This document shows, piece after piece, positions 25,801 to 34,550 of a stretch of DNA of 64,000 nt. Made by a program: the position numbers and the translations under genes. Numbering within the stretch: the first letter of the stretch is position 1; each line of letters begins with the position of its first letter. This DNA comes from Thermodesulfobacteriota bacterium. Lineage in GTDB: Bacteria; Desulfobacterota; Desulfobulbia; Desulfobulbales; SURF-16. Below the pieces are notes generated by a model. The model saw nothing but the letters and a program-made list of their open reading frames with translations. It had not been told where the DNA came from and ran no database searches. The stretch covers positions 135,896-199,895 of the forward strand of contig JBFMAY010000001.1 in assembly GCA_040755455.1 (NCBI GenBank). The letters run 5' to 3'.

Positions 25801-27392
25801 TTGCCGTGATCTTTATGGACATCACCGAGCGGAAGAGGGCCGAGACGGAACGGGAACGGCTGCTCATGGCCATCGAGCAGTCCGGCGAGGTCATCGTCAT
25901 CACCGACCCTGATGGCATCATCCAGTATGTCAATCCGGCCTTTGAGCGGGCAACGGGCTACAGCCGTGACGAAGTCCTGGGCCAGAACCTGCGCCTGTTG
26001 AAGAGCGGCCGACAGGAGGAGGCCTTTTATGAGGAAATGTGGCGGGTGATCTCCGGAGGCGGGAACTGGCGGGGACGTTTCGTCAATAAACGCAAGGACG
26101 GCACGCTTTTTACCGAGGAGGCCAGCATCTCGCCGGTGCGGGACACCCAAGGCCGGATCGTCAATTACGTGGCGGTCAAGCGCGATATCACGGAGCATCT
26201 GCGCATTTCCGAAGAGAATGCCAAGCTGGAGGCCCAGTTTCAGCAGGCCCAGAAGCTTGAGTCCGTCGGCCGTCTGGCCGGCGGCGTGGCCCATGATCTC
26301 AACAACCTGCTCACCCCGATTCTCGGTTACGCAGAGATGCTGCTGGATGATTTCAGCGAGGAAGACGGGCGCAGGGTGGACATGGCAGAGATCGTCAAGG
26401 CGGGCATGCGGGCCCGGGATCTGGTGCGCCAGCTCCTGGTTCTCAGTCGCAAGCAGGTGATGGAGTTGAAATCCATCGATGTCAACAACCTGCTGACCCA
26501 GTTTGACAAGCTGCTGCGCCGCACGATCCGCGAGGATGTCGCCATTGATCTCATTCTGGCCCCGTCGCTGCCGCTCATCAAGGGTGATATCGGGCAGCTG
26601 GAGCAGGTGATCATGAATCTGGCGGTCAACGCCCAGGACGCCATGCCAGACGGTGGCAGGCTGACCATGGAAACGGAGATGGTCGCGGTGGATGAGGTCT
26701 ATGCCGCGGGGAAACCCGGCATGCTCCCCGGCCCTTACGTCAGGTTGACCATCAGCGACACGGGCTGCGGCATGGACGCCGAGACCTGCAGGCACATCTT
26801 CGAGCCGTTTTTCACCACCAAGGAAAAGGACCAGGGTACCGGACTGGGCCTGGCCACCGTCTACGGCATTGTCAAGCAGCACGGCGGCAGTATCTGGGTC
26901 TACAGCGAACCCGGCCACGGCTCAACCTTCAAGATATATTTTCCTGTTGCCGAGGCCCAGGCTGCGGCGGAGGAAGTCGTTGCGGCAAAACCCGCAGACA
27001 GGGATGGCTCCGAAACCATTCTGCTGGTGGAGGACAATGAGCAGGTGCGCAATCTCGCCCGGGCCATTCTCAGCCGGCGGGGCTACTCGCTCCTCATCGC
27101 CCAGGACGGCAGCGATGCGCTGCGCATCCTCGCCCGGCACCATGGGCCGCTGCACCTGATACTGACCGACGTGATCATGCCCGGCATGAGCGGCAAGGAG
27201 CTTTTTGACCGGGTTGCCGCTCTTTACTCTGATATGAAGGTGCTTTACATGTCGGGCTATACCGATAATGTCATTGCCCAGCGCGGCGTGCTTGACCAGG
27301 GCATTCACTTCATCCAGAAACCTTTCACCGTCACGGGCCTGCTGGCCAAGGTGCGGGAAGCGCTGGATCAGGCTTCCCGCAGCGCCAGCTGA
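22854..27392 (+). CDS. Multidomain sensor kinase (REC x2, multiple PAS, PocR-like domain, HisKA, HATPase, C-terminal REC)
   Basis: The start overlaps the upstream stop (ATGA). Two N-terminal REC domains ('LIVTDLYMPVIDG', 'VAVLDYHLPDATG'). H-box 'GGVAHDLNNLLTPILGY'; HATPase 'DTGCGM' and 'GTGLGLATVYGIV'; C-terminal REC 'ILLVEDNEQVR...LILTDVIMPGMSG'. Confidence 0.92.
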   Translation: MMNNTTSTRPAARAVVVNDDVNQLNVLSGLLRREGIEVQPWQSAEAALAAMDRHRPPDLIVTDLYMPVIDGWRFCRLLRSPEYPSCNHIPILVISATFAGDEAARITRELGANAFLPAPVDGKQFIEQVRAILAGRLLRHIPRVLLVENSPTLAGLLQKAFESHGYLADTASTARTAAAAFACAAYDVAVLDYHLPDATGDLLLADFRAGRPDCVCIMMTTDPSPELALAWMRQGAAAYLRKPFDPASLIELCAMACRERALLRVEDLLEKRSRELREAECRYRTLFEQSPDGVVILHPGTAQPLEFNEQACRQLGYSREEFARLRLSDIEAAETAEESQVRIANVIREGHDDFDTLQRTKQGEIRHVHVTAQLIDVGGRPVYHCIWRDITERKRAAEMLRESETQVRAKLDAILSPAGDIGLLDLRDILDVRAIQELMNDFFSLTHIGVGIIDLHGKVVVATGWQDICTRFHRRHPETCRNCMESDTELSAGVPAGTFKIYKCRNNMWDIATPVMVGGRHMGNLFLGQFFFAEDTPDRDTFVAQARQYGFAEDEYLAALERVPRWSRETVNTIMSFYARFTTLLSTLSYSNIKLARTVEERREAEEALRQSEARLAESNQLMAGVLDHTHMMVAYLDARFNFIWVNRAYAQTCGQEPGFFPGKNHFALYPHEENQAIFQRVADTGEPFFVAAKPFEFPDQPERGVTYWDWSLVPTRDSAGKITGLVFTLAEVTSRIRAEETLRRSEELLNATQRLTKVGGWEWDLEKQTMFWTEEVYRIHGLNPGCVAPGAAEHVARSLECYDPGDRPVILSAFQRCAEEGQAYDLEFPFTPCSGGRIWIRTGAEAVMEAGKVVRIVGNIMDITERRLAEETLRNSEERYRLLFAAMDSAFALHEILRDANGSPCNYRFLEVNPAFERLTGLKAGELIGKTVLDVLPETEHLWVERYGHVVDSGETIHFENYSRNLSRHYAVTAYRPRPGQFAVIFMDITERKRAETERERLLMAIEQSGEVIVITDPDGIIQYVNPAFERATGYSRDEVLGQNLRLLKSGRQEEAFYEEMWRVISGGGNWRGRFVNKRKDGTLFTEEASISPVRDTQGRIVNYVAVKRDITEHLRISEENAKLEAQFQQAQKLESVGRLAGGVAHDLNNLLTPILGYAEMLLDDFSEEDGRRVDMAEIVKAGMRARDLVRQLLVLSRKQVMELKSIDVNNLLTQFDKLLRRTIREDVAIDLILAPSLPLIKGDIGQLEQVIMNLAVNAQDAMPDGGRLTMETEMVAVDEVYAAGKPGMLPGPYVRLTISDTGCGMDAETCRHIFEPFFTTKEKDQGTGLGLATVYGIVKQHGGSIWVYSEPGHGSTFKIYFPVAEAQAAAEEVVAAKPADRDGSETILLVEDNEQVRNLARAILSRRGYSLLIAQDGSDALRILARHHGPLHLILTDVIMPGMSGKELFDRVAALYSDMKVLYMSGYTDNVIAQRGVLDQGIHFIQKPFTVTGLLAKVREALDQASRSAS

Positions 27393-27470
27393 TTCCCCTT
27401 CAGCTCCGGCCTCCCGCCCTACCTTGCCGCCTGCCTCGGGTGCCTGAGGGGATTTGCGGCAGGCGGGATT

Positions 27471-27507
27471 TCGACATTTTGTTGTCCGGGCTCGACAAAA
27501 GTGTCGA
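27471..27507 (+). promoter_or_regulatory. Candidate upstream activator site: palindrome TCGACAAAAGTGTCGA (27492-27507) plus an extra TCGACA half-site at 27471
   Basis: A perfect 6-4-6 inverted repeat lies ~110-145 bp upstream of the sigma-54-type -24/-12 element. That is the usual enhancer distance. Confidence 0.35.
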
Positions 27508-27615
27508 GGAACAGGGGTGAAAAAGGCCGTTTCCCCTGGTGGGCTGTCCGTCGTTATCCGGCAAAGTGAAGAAAAAAACCATGATATCCATATGTTATGG
27601 AATTAATTATTGCGT

Positions 27616-27630
27616 TGGCACGCAAGTTGA
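27616..27630 (+). promoter_or_regulatory. Sigma-54-type promoter (-24 TGGCAC / -12 TTGA)
   Basis: TGGCACgcaagTTGA compared with consensus TGGCAC-N5-TTGC. It lies 66 nt upstream of ATG 27696 of the ZraP-like gene. E. coli zraP is sigma-54 dependent. Confidence 0.55.
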
Positions 27631-27695
27631 AAAACAGAATAAGCAAACAGCGTAATTTTTCCCTTAACATATTTTTTCAACACAGGAGGATCATC

Positions 27696-28166
27696 ATGAA
27701 AAAGGTACTGGCAGCAATGGCTTTAGCGGCAACAATCGGTTTGTTCGGCATCCAGCAGGCAGACGCCCAGCGCGGCCCGATGGGCTGGGGTGGCGGGCCT
27801 GCCGGGGCAAACTGCTGGAAGGCAAACGCCGGGCAGAATGTGCAGGTCATGGATGAGGAAACCAAAAAAGCGTATAATGCCTTTATGGACGCCACGGTTG
27901 ACCTGCGCAAGGAAATGTTCAGCAAAAGTGAACAGATGCGAGCCTTGACCTTTGCGGCAGATCCGGATGAAGCAAAAATCGATGTGCTGGCCAAGGAAAT
28001 GTTTGACCTGCGCGCCCAGATTCAGGAAAAGGCTGACGAGCTTGGCTGGCAGGGCGGCATCGGCGGTCCCGGCTTTGGCTGCGGCGGCCCCGGCCCCGGC
28101 CGCGGCATGGGCATGGGCATGGGTTGCGGGCGGGGTGGCAATGGCCCCTGCCCTAAATGGAATTAA
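27696..28166 (+). CDS. zraP: ZraP/Spy/CpxP-family periplasmic stress chaperone with a Gly/Met/Cys-rich tail
   Basis: AGGAGG SD and signal peptide 'MKKVLAAMALAATIGLFGIQQADA'. The helical core 'DEAKIDVLAKEMFDLRAQIQEK' and the tail 'GRGMGMGMGCGRGG' resemble E. coli ZraP ('INAVAKEMENLRQ', 'GAGMGMGYGGCGGGG'). Confidence 0.8.
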   Translation: MKKVLAAMALAATIGLFGIQQADAQRGPMGWGGGPAGANCWKANAGQNVQVMDEETKKAYNAFMDATVDLRKEMFSKSEQMRALTFAADPDEAKIDVLAKEMFDLRAQIQEKADELGWQGGIGGPGFGCGGPGPGRGMGMGMGCGRGGNGPCPKWN

Positions 28167-28207
28167 TAATAGAGTTTCACCTCATTTTCTCTCCCCCTCT
28201 CCTCAAT

Positions 28208-28242
28208 AAAAAAGCCCCTGCCGTACGGCAGGGGCTTTTTTA
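28208..28242 (+). terminator. Rho-independent terminator
   Basis: AGCCCCTGCCG-TA-CGGCAGGGGCT forms a perfect 11-bp stem followed by TTTTTTAT, about 45 nt after the zraP-like stop. Confidence 0.8.
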
Positions 28243-28457
28243 TTGACCCAGAAAGTCCTTACGATCCCATTGCTTTTTCACGGCGCCAGCACAGTGCGTT
28301 CAGCGGCAAAGAGAACGCGCGGATCTTGCAATTCGGACATATGCAACCAGCCTCTGATGAAGGTCTCTGTCTTTTGCTGCGGGGCGGATCGTGGTATAGT
28401 GCGGAAAAGCAATCCGCCCCGGCCAGCATTTAGCGGCAATGACAGAGGAAAACAACC

Positions 28458-29186
28458 ATGCCTGATTTACAGAAAACCCTGGGATATCGTTATCTACATG
28501 ACACCAAGTTTACCAGAAAAAATATCAGAGAAAAAGAAAGACCTGCCATCGCCCCGGCCCCGGCCTTTAAAGATTATCCGGCCGCGGAAAAGATTGCTTT
28601 GCCGGTAAACCCGGCAAAGCCACCGGCTGATCTGTGGCAGCTGCTGCAGCACCGGCGGTCCGAACGCCGATTTTCCGGCAGGCCCCTGAGCCTCGATGAT
28701 CTTGCCCTCCTGCTCTGGGCCTGCCAGGGGGTAACCGCCCAGGCCGGGCCCTATCTGCTGCGCACCGCCCCGTCGGCGGGCGCCCTGTATCCCATTGAAA
28801 CCTATGTGGCGGCTGATCATGTTGGCGGACTGCCGCCCGGTCTGTTTCATTTCAACGTCCGAACATTCCAGCTTGAACGGCTGACGGACAGGGCGGTCGG
28901 ACCTCTGGTGGCCCGGGCAGCCCTTGATCAGTCCTTTATCGGCCAGGCGGCGGCGGTTTTTATCTGGTCGGCGGTCCTGCGGCGCAACATGGCGAAATAC
29001 GGCCAGCGGGGCATGCGCTATATCTGCATGGATGCCGCCCATATTTGTCAGAATCTGCTGCTGGCCGCCGGGGCGCTGGGCCGGCGGAGCTGTCCCGTGG
29101 CGGCAATGTATGATGATGAACTCAATGACCTGCTGGGGCTTGACGGGGTGGAGGAGAGTGTGATCTCTCTGGCGCCGGTGGGCTGA
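28458..29186 (+). CDS. SagB/ThcOx-type nitroreductase-fold dehydrogenase
   Basis: 'RRSERRFSGRPLSLDDLALLLWACQG', 'PSAGALYPIETYV' and 'ICMDAAHICQNLLLAA' are typical of the SagB-type nitroreductase family. SD GAGGAAAA lies upstream. Confidence 0.75.
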   Translation: MPDLQKTLGYRYLHDTKFTRKNIREKERPAIAPAPAFKDYPAAEKIALPVNPAKPPADLWQLLQHRRSERRFSGRPLSLDDLALLLWACQGVTAQAGPYLLRTAPSAGALYPIETYVAADHVGGLPPGLFHFNVRTFQLERLTDRAVGPLVARAALDQSFIGQAAAVFIWSAVLRRNMAKYGQRGMRYICMDAAHICQNLLLAAGALGRRSCPVAAMYDDELNDLLGLDGVEESVISLAPVG

Positions 29187-29201
29187 TGGACGATTGCGGC
29201 C

Positions 29202-30989
29202 TTACTTGCTGAGTTTGGGCACGGAGCGGCATTCAAGAAAGATCCGATTGCTACAGCGGCCGCAGATCTGCCGGTCAAGCTTGGCGAAAATCCCGGCAAT
29301 GGCCTCCGCCTTGGATTCGTAAAGGTAGTCCGTACCGATATCAAGCAGATAGCCGGTCAGCCTGAAATGGGAGCAGATGCCCTCCTTGATGCCGTACAGG
29401 TACAGTCTGCCCCCTGCTTCCTTTCGCTCTTTGGCCAGATGGACAAGAAATTCCGCTCCGGCCATGTCGATGAAGTTGATGCCGCTCGCCACCACCAGCA
29501 GATGTTTCTGGTCGGGATTTTCGCATTGCATCTCCTGCAGTCTCTCCTGGACATGGTTCACCGCCCCGAAGTAGAGAGAGCCGTCGATACGGATGATTTT
29601 CAGTTGCGGACACTCCGGCAGTACGGGGTCGGTGACGAAAGGCCGTTCATCAAGACGCGGGTCCGGCACCCGGGTGAGAATGCGCGGGTGGGAGGTGCGG
29701 TTGAGGTACATGACCAGGGAGAAGATAACCCCAAGCAGAATGGCGAACTCAAGCTCCAGAAACAGGGTGGCGAAAAAGGTGGTGCACATGATGACGCTTT
29801 CGGCACGGCTGGTCCTGAATATCTTGCCTATATGGCGGAAATCCATGAGGCCCCAGGCAACCAGAAAAAGAATACCGGCCATGGCCGCGTTGGGCAGAAA
29901 AGCGGCAAGAGGGGCGATCAGGATGACAAGAACGATAAGCAGTACACCGGCAAACACGGCGGCCAGCGGGGTTTTGGCCCCGGCCTGATAGTTCAGCCCG
30001 CTGCGGTTGAATGAACCGGTAGCCACATATCCCGAGAAAAAACAGCCGACCATGTTTGACAGCCCCTGGCCGATGAACTCCTGGTTGCAGTCCAGGTTCT
30101 GCCCGGTCCGGTCGGCCAGGGAGCGGGCGATGGACACGGCCTCGGTCAGGGCAAAGAGGGTTGTTGCCAACGCTGCCGGGGCCAGCATGGTGATATTGGT
30201 CAGGGTGATATGGGGGGCAGACAGGGGCGGCAGGGTTGACGGCAGGGCGCCCACAGAGGCAATCTGCGTCACCTCAGGCCCCAGCATGCGGGACATGAGC
30301 AAAGCAGCAAGGCTGCCCGCCAGCATGGAGACTATCATGTAGGGGAATTTCGGCCAGAAACGCCTGACCAGCAGGCCGGTAACCAAGGTGATCACGCCCA
30401 CGGCTGCGACATAGGGGTTGATTTCGTCCCAGTGGCTGATCACCCCATGGATCGTCTCATGAAAATGCCTGGTCCGGGGCAGAATAAGCCCCAGGAAATG
30501 CTTGAATTGACTGGAGGCAATGAGGATGGCCGCCCCCGCGGTGAAGCCCACCACCACGGAATGGGAAATGAAATTGACCAGGGTGCCGAAACGGGCCAGG
30601 CCCATGATAAACTGGATGAGCCCCACCATCATGGTGAGCGTCAGGGCAAGCTCAACGTACTCCGCGCTGCCCGGCGCCGCATGGATGCTGAGCGAGGAAA
30701 AGAGGACGATGGATGCCGCCGTGGTCGGTCCTGAAACCAGCAGCCAGGAAGAGCCGAACAGCGCGGCCACAATGGCCGGCACCATGCCGGCATAAAGACC
30801 GTATTCCGGCGGCATGCCGGCGATGGTGGCAAAGGCCACCCCCTGGGGCAGGGCAACGATGGCGCCGGTGAGGCCGGCGATCAGATCAGCGCGGCAGGTC
30901 CTGGCGGTAACTCGGGGCCACCATTTCAGGAAGGGAAGAAAGTAACTCTGCCAGTTTTGCTGGTCAGCATGGCAACATTTTTGTTCCAT
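29202..30989 (-). CDS. SulP-family anion transporter with C-terminal STAS domain
   Basis: 'DLIAGLTGAIVALPQGVAFATIAG' is the SulP signature region, in a polytopic protein. The C-terminal STAS-like region includes 'IIRIDGSLYFGAVNHVQERL'. Confidence 0.9.
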   Translation of the reverse strand: MEQKCCHADQQNWQSYFLPFLKWWPRVTARTCRADLIAGLTGAIVALPQGVAFATIAGMPPEYGLYAGMVPAIVAALFGSSWLLVSGPTTAASIVLFSSLSIHAAPGSAEYVELALTLTMMVGLIQFIMGLARFGTLVNFISHSVVVGFTAGAAILIASSQFKHFLGLILPRTRHFHETIHGVISHWDEINPYVAAVGVITLVTGLLVRRFWPKFPYMIVSMLAGSLAALLMSRMLGPEVTQIASVGALPSTLPPLSAPHITLTNITMLAPAALATTLFALTEAVSIARSLADRTGQNLDCNQEFIGQGLSNMVGCFFSGYVATGSFNRSGLNYQAGAKTPLAAVFAGVLLIVLVILIAPLAAFLPNAAMAGILFLVAWGLMDFRHIGKIFRTSRAESVIMCTTFFATLFLELEFAILLGVIFSLVMYLNRTSHPRILTRVPDPRLDERPFVTDPVLPECPQLKIIRIDGSLYFGAVNHVQERLQEMQCENPDQKHLLVVASGINFIDMAGAEFLVHLAKERKEAGGRLYLYGIKEGICSHFRLTGYLLDIGTDYLYESKAEAIAGIFAKLDRQICGRCSNRIFLECRSVPKLSK

Positions 30990-31621
30990 TTCATCAGCCG
31001 GATAAAAGAGTTTGAGAAAATGATGGTTGCCGATTTGCCGATAAACAGACGGAAATGACCGGTCTGCCCGGTTGTTTTCATGATGCCTGACTTAGGTGTA
31101 ACCTCTTTATAGTATATCCAAAAGATGAAGGCAAGAGACAATCACAGGGCATTTTTTTCTTGAAAATGAAGGTGTTGCCGCCGGAGGCCACGGCGGGCCT
31201 GGCGTTGCATTTTAAAATCGCTGCCCCAGCTGGCATTGCTGCTTATGGTCCTGCAGGGCGTGACCGCCGCCCATATTTATTGAGGGATCATCCCCTTTGT
31301 CCTGCTGCAGCGTGCCGGGCTGCTGCTGGTTTTTGTCTTCCCCGGTCAGATCAGCTGCTTGCTGGAGAGTCGCCGCCTTTTCCCCGGATCATAAATTGCA
31401 AGATAATTCACTTGAAAAGCAAACATCTATGGTGTAGTTGATATTGAGCGCAGTCCGTGCTGACGAGGGCAGTTCCGGGGTGCAAATCAAATAATGGAAA
31501 GAACATGGAACGGTCTGCCGGGGAAGGACTGTGTGCGACATGACGGGATGCGCTATGCGTGGTTGAGGGCTTGCGTTGAGAAAAGTGGAGTGAAGAGCAA
31601 CCTTTTGTCGAGGTAACGGGA

Positions 31622-31933
31622 ATGACGAGTAATTTGCGCGATAATTCGTTGGATGGCAGGCTTGCCCAGAGAATTTCGGCGGAAAAATTTGCCGAAAATT
31701 CTCCAATGTCACTGACGATCCGCAATGTGAGAATGGAAACCGTGGAGGCCACCCTGTTAAACATCAGCGAAACGGGCATGGCTGTCGTCACCAATCATGA
31801 ACTTGTCCTCGGCCAACTGGTAAGCATTACGGCAAACATCAAAAACAAAATTCCCAACAAGGCCGTGGTCATGTGGTCGTGCAAGGAAGACAGCGGCTTC
31901 CGCGCCGGGTTAAGGTTTGTCAGCTCCTTGTGA
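31622..31933 (+). CDS. PilZ domain protein (putative c-di-GMP receptor)
   Basis: 'RLAQR' (RxxxR) lies ~30 aa before 'NISETGMAV' ([D/N]xSxxG). The 103-aa length fits a single PilZ barrel. Confidence 0.65.
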   Translation: MTSNLRDNSLDGRLAQRISAEKFAENSPMSLTIRNVRMETVEATLLNISETGMAVVTNHELVLGQLVSITANIKNKIPNKAVVMWSCKEDSGFRAGLRFVSSL

Positions 31934-32090
31934 TTGTCCTTTGTCGAATCGTTATCAGTCCGGCCTAACTTTCTGCCGATCATTGACGGGAGGTTGGGCA
32001 TTTTTTTTATGATCTTCCAGTAAACCAGAGATTTGCATTATTTCACCATCAACGTTGTCATTTTCTTTGCTTAAAAAAACAGGAGCCGGC

Positions 32091-34541
32091 ATGGCACGAC
32101 GGGAAGCTGCCCAGAACATCTTTGTCAGGTTCGACAGGCTGCGGGACAGCCTGAAGCAGATTATTTTCGATCAGGACAAGGCCATTGACGAGGTGGTGGA
32201 TGCCTTCATTCATACGGCCTACAAACCGGTTGCCGCACCGCCCAAGGCGATTTTTACCTTCCTGGGCCCTCCCTCGGTGGGCAAGAAGAGTCTTGCCCGG
32301 GCCCTGACCTCACATCTGGAGGAATATGCGGCTTTCAAGCAGTTTGATATGGAGCAGTTCGCCGATCCTGAGAGCGGGGCCCAGCTGTTTAGCCAGCGGT
32401 TGACCGCTGACGGGGTGCAGGAGGGGGAGTTGGCGGGGTTTATCAGGGAGCACCCGCAGTCCATTATTCTCTTTGATTCCATTGAAAAAGCGGACAATCA
32501 ACTGCAATTGGCCCTGTTCAATCTGCTCACCCGCAACGAGGAGGAGAGCGGCATCAACTGCAGCGGCGTTATCGTGATATTCACCTCCAGCCTCGGCTGC
32601 AGTTTTTTCAAGGATAGAAAGTACCAGGAGGCTTTCAAGGAAAACAAGCTGCGCGCCCAGGCCCTGGTCATGGATGCCCTTTCCAAGGAAAAAAAGGCGG
32701 TCTACGATACGGTGCAGAGCGCCATTGCCCCCAAGCTGCTGGCCGCCATGGCGCGCAATTTCATCATCCTGTTCAATTCCCTGAGCCTGGATACCCTGGT
32801 GCGCATCGGGGGTGAATCCTTGCGCTGTCATTCAGAGCAGTTTGCCCAGCTCAGCAAAATGAAAGTGGAATATCATAATTTTGACCGGATCGCCACCCTG
32901 CTGACCCTGTCATTTTCCCCCAATATCAGCGTTACGAGGCTGAAACAGAAACTGCCCGATCTCTTTCTCGGCAGGATCACGCGATTTGTTCGGGACCAGA
33001 GGAAGTATCCCCAGCATATCGTCTGCAGGCTTTCCAGGCAGGCCGATGCTTTCCTGGAGAAGATATGCCAGGACAAAGAGACATTGCTGGCGCGGCTTTA
33101 CAAGAAAAACGAAACAGTGGATATCACCTGGAAAGAGACCCTGAGCGGTCAGAAACTGACCTGCGCCATCCACAAAGCGGAACTCAAAAGGCTGCCGCCG
33201 GCCAGTGATTTTTTCCGTGAACTGCTGCCGGGGGTGGAATTTTCCACCCTGGGCTTTAAGGATATAGCCGGCAATAAGAGCACCAAGAAGAATCTTAAAC
33301 AGATTGTCAAAATTCTCCGCGAGCCTGAACTGCTGAAAAAATTCAACATCGACATGCCCAAAGGCATGCTGCTTTATGGACCTTCCGGAGTGGGCAAGAC
33401 CATGCTGGCCAAGGCCTTTGCCCGGGAAACGGAAAGGCCGTTTGTCTATGTGTCCAGAAGCGATCTGTTTGATCCCGTCTATATCAGGAACGCCTATCTC
33501 AAGGCCAGGGAGTTTGCCCCGAGCATCGTCTTTCTTGACGGCATTGACGTCAAAGGCCTGATGGAGGGGGTCTATACCTCCATGCCGGATGACCAGCTGA
33601 CCCTGGAGCTGGACGCCCTGTCCGGGGACCCAGAGGATTCCGTTTTCACCATCGCCACCGCCCAGATCAAGGCCGATGTCAGTCCCCGGGTCATTGCCCC
33701 CAACAGAATCGATATCTTTGTCGAGGTGCCCGAGCTTGACCGGGACGCCAGGCGCTTTTTCATCGAAAAGATTCTGGAGAAACCCAACGACGGCAAAATC
33801 AACGTGGAGCGGGTGATCCGCTATATCTCAGGCATGAGCGGCTATGATCTGCAGCGCATCGGCAAAGAGGCGTCCCTCTATGCCATCCGCAATGATCTGG
33901 ACCGCATCACCGAAGATATCCTCATCGAGGAGATCAATATCATCAAGTATGGCTATAAGCTGGAGAAGAAGCGCATCAGAAATCTTGAGCAGGATCTGAA
34001 AATCACCGCCTACCACGAGGCCGGCCACGCGGTGCTGTCGCATCTGCTGCTGCCGGATATCAAGATTGAGCAGGTGACCATCGCGCCGCGGCTCAAATCC
34101 ATGGGATTCATCTCCTACAGCATGGAGGATTTTCCCGGCAACATCTCCAGGGATGAGGTCTTTGACAACATCTGCGTGCTGCTTGGCGGGCGCACGGCCA
34201 GCATCAGGAAATTCGGCAGCAAGGGGATCGACACCGGCGCGGCAAACGACCTGGAGGTCGCCACCCATCAGGCCTATGCCGCGGTCGCCAGTCTGGGCAT
34301 GGATGAGGAGATCGGCTATGTGCACACCGATACCCTTTCCCAGAATGTCAGCAAGCAGATGTTTCTCACCAAGGTTGAGACGCGGGTCAGCCATTGGATG
34401 CGCGAGGCGAGCGCCAAGGCGGAGACGCTGGTGGAAAAGCACTGGGATAAGGTGGAGCAGCTGGCCTCGATCCTCATCCGTCAGGAAATTGTCGACGGCG
34501 TCGAACTGGAAAAGATCATGAAGGGGCTCAAGGACTCCTAG
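32091..34541 (+). CDS. Soluble FtsH-like protein: Clp/Hsp100 D2-like AAA module + FtsH-type AAA module + M41 peptidase domain
   Basis: AGGAG lies 6 nt before ATG 32091. N-terminal module: 'FLGPPSVGKKSLARAL', 'IILFDSIEKA'. FtsH-like module: 'LLYGPSGVGKTMLAKAFARE', 'IVFLDGID'. M41 motifs: 'AYHEAGHAV', 'LLGGR', 'TGAANDLEVAT'. I saw no hydrophobic TM segment. Confidence 0.85.
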   Translation: MARREAAQNIFVRFDRLRDSLKQIIFDQDKAIDEVVDAFIHTAYKPVAAPPKAIFTFLGPPSVGKKSLARALTSHLEEYAAFKQFDMEQFADPESGAQLFSQRLTADGVQEGELAGFIREHPQSIILFDSIEKADNQLQLALFNLLTRNEEESGINCSGVIVIFTSSLGCSFFKDRKYQEAFKENKLRAQALVMDALSKEKKAVYDTVQSAIAPKLLAAMARNFIILFNSLSLDTLVRIGGESLRCHSEQFAQLSKMKVEYHNFDRIATLLTLSFSPNISVTRLKQKLPDLFLGRITRFVRDQRKYPQHIVCRLSRQADAFLEKICQDKETLLARLYKKNETVDITWKETLSGQKLTCAIHKAELKRLPPASDFFRELLPGVEFSTLGFKDIAGNKSTKKNLKQIVKILREPELLKKFNIDMPKGMLLYGPSGVGKTMLAKAFARETERPFVYVSRSDLFDPVYIRNAYLKAREFAPSIVFLDGIDVKGLMEGVYTSMPDDQLTLELDALSGDPEDSVFTIATAQIKADVSPRVIAPNRIDIFVEVPELDRDARRFFIEKILEKPNDGKINVERVIRYISGMSGYDLQRIGKEASLYAIRNDLDRITEDILIEEINIIKYGYKLEKKRIRNLEQDLKITAYHEAGHAVLSHLLLPDIKIEQVTIAPRLKSMGFISYSMEDFPGNISRDEVFDNICVLLGGRTASIRKFGSKGIDTGAANDLEVATHQAYAAVASLGMDEEIGYVHTDTLSQNVSKQMFLTKVETRVSHWMREASAKAETLVEKHWDKVEQLASILIRQEIVDGVELEKIMKGLKDS

Positions 34542-34550
34542 GAGGGCGTC

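Noticed and set aside
23136-26918. Two very long minus-strand ORFs (577 aa at 23136-24869 and 636 aa at 25008-26918)
   Set aside because: Both lie entirely antisense to the 1512-aa kinase, whose REC, PAS, HisKA and HATPase motifs are unambiguous. The antisense products have no motifs and a biased Gly/Arg/Pro/Asp composition.
27597-27695. N-terminal extension of the ZraP-like ORF (track start 27597)
   Set aside because: The extension would cover the sigma-54-type promoter. The ATG at 27696 has an AGGAGG SD and starts a proper signal peptide.
28243-28608. 121-aa ORF between zraP and the SagB-type gene, considered as a possible RiPP precursor
   Set aside because: It starts at the terminator, overlaps the SagB-type gene start out of frame, has no SD and has no leader/core-like Cys/Ser/Thr-rich C-terminus.
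28458-29186. SagB-type dehydrogenase as a marker of a thiazole/oxazole-modified peptide cluster
   Set aside because: There is no YcaO/cyclodehydratase, docking protein, precursor or ABC exporter within at least 10 kb on either side. I treated it as an orphan enzyme rather than a biosynthetic cluster.
31160-31441. 93-aa ORF and smaller minus-strand ORFs in the 630-bp SulP/PilZ intergenic region
   Set aside because: They have non-ATG starts, no SD and Ala/Pro/Arg-rich composition. I could not support any coding or structured-RNA call here. The region remains unexplained.
31548-31578. 12-mers shared between intergenic regions: ATGCGCTATGCG (31548 and 47123) and GGGCTTGCGTTG (31567 and 51921)
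   Set aside because: Each is an isolated exact match without extended flanking similarity. They may be chance or fragments of a dispersed element, but there is too little to call a repeat family.
31610-31665. Possible degenerate fourth copy of the hairpin repeat overlapping the PilZ start (GTAACGGGAATGACGAGTAATTT...ATAATTCGTTGG)
   Set aside because: It matches only ~60% of the consensus by eye and the arms pair poorly. I cannot distinguish it from chance without a statistical search.
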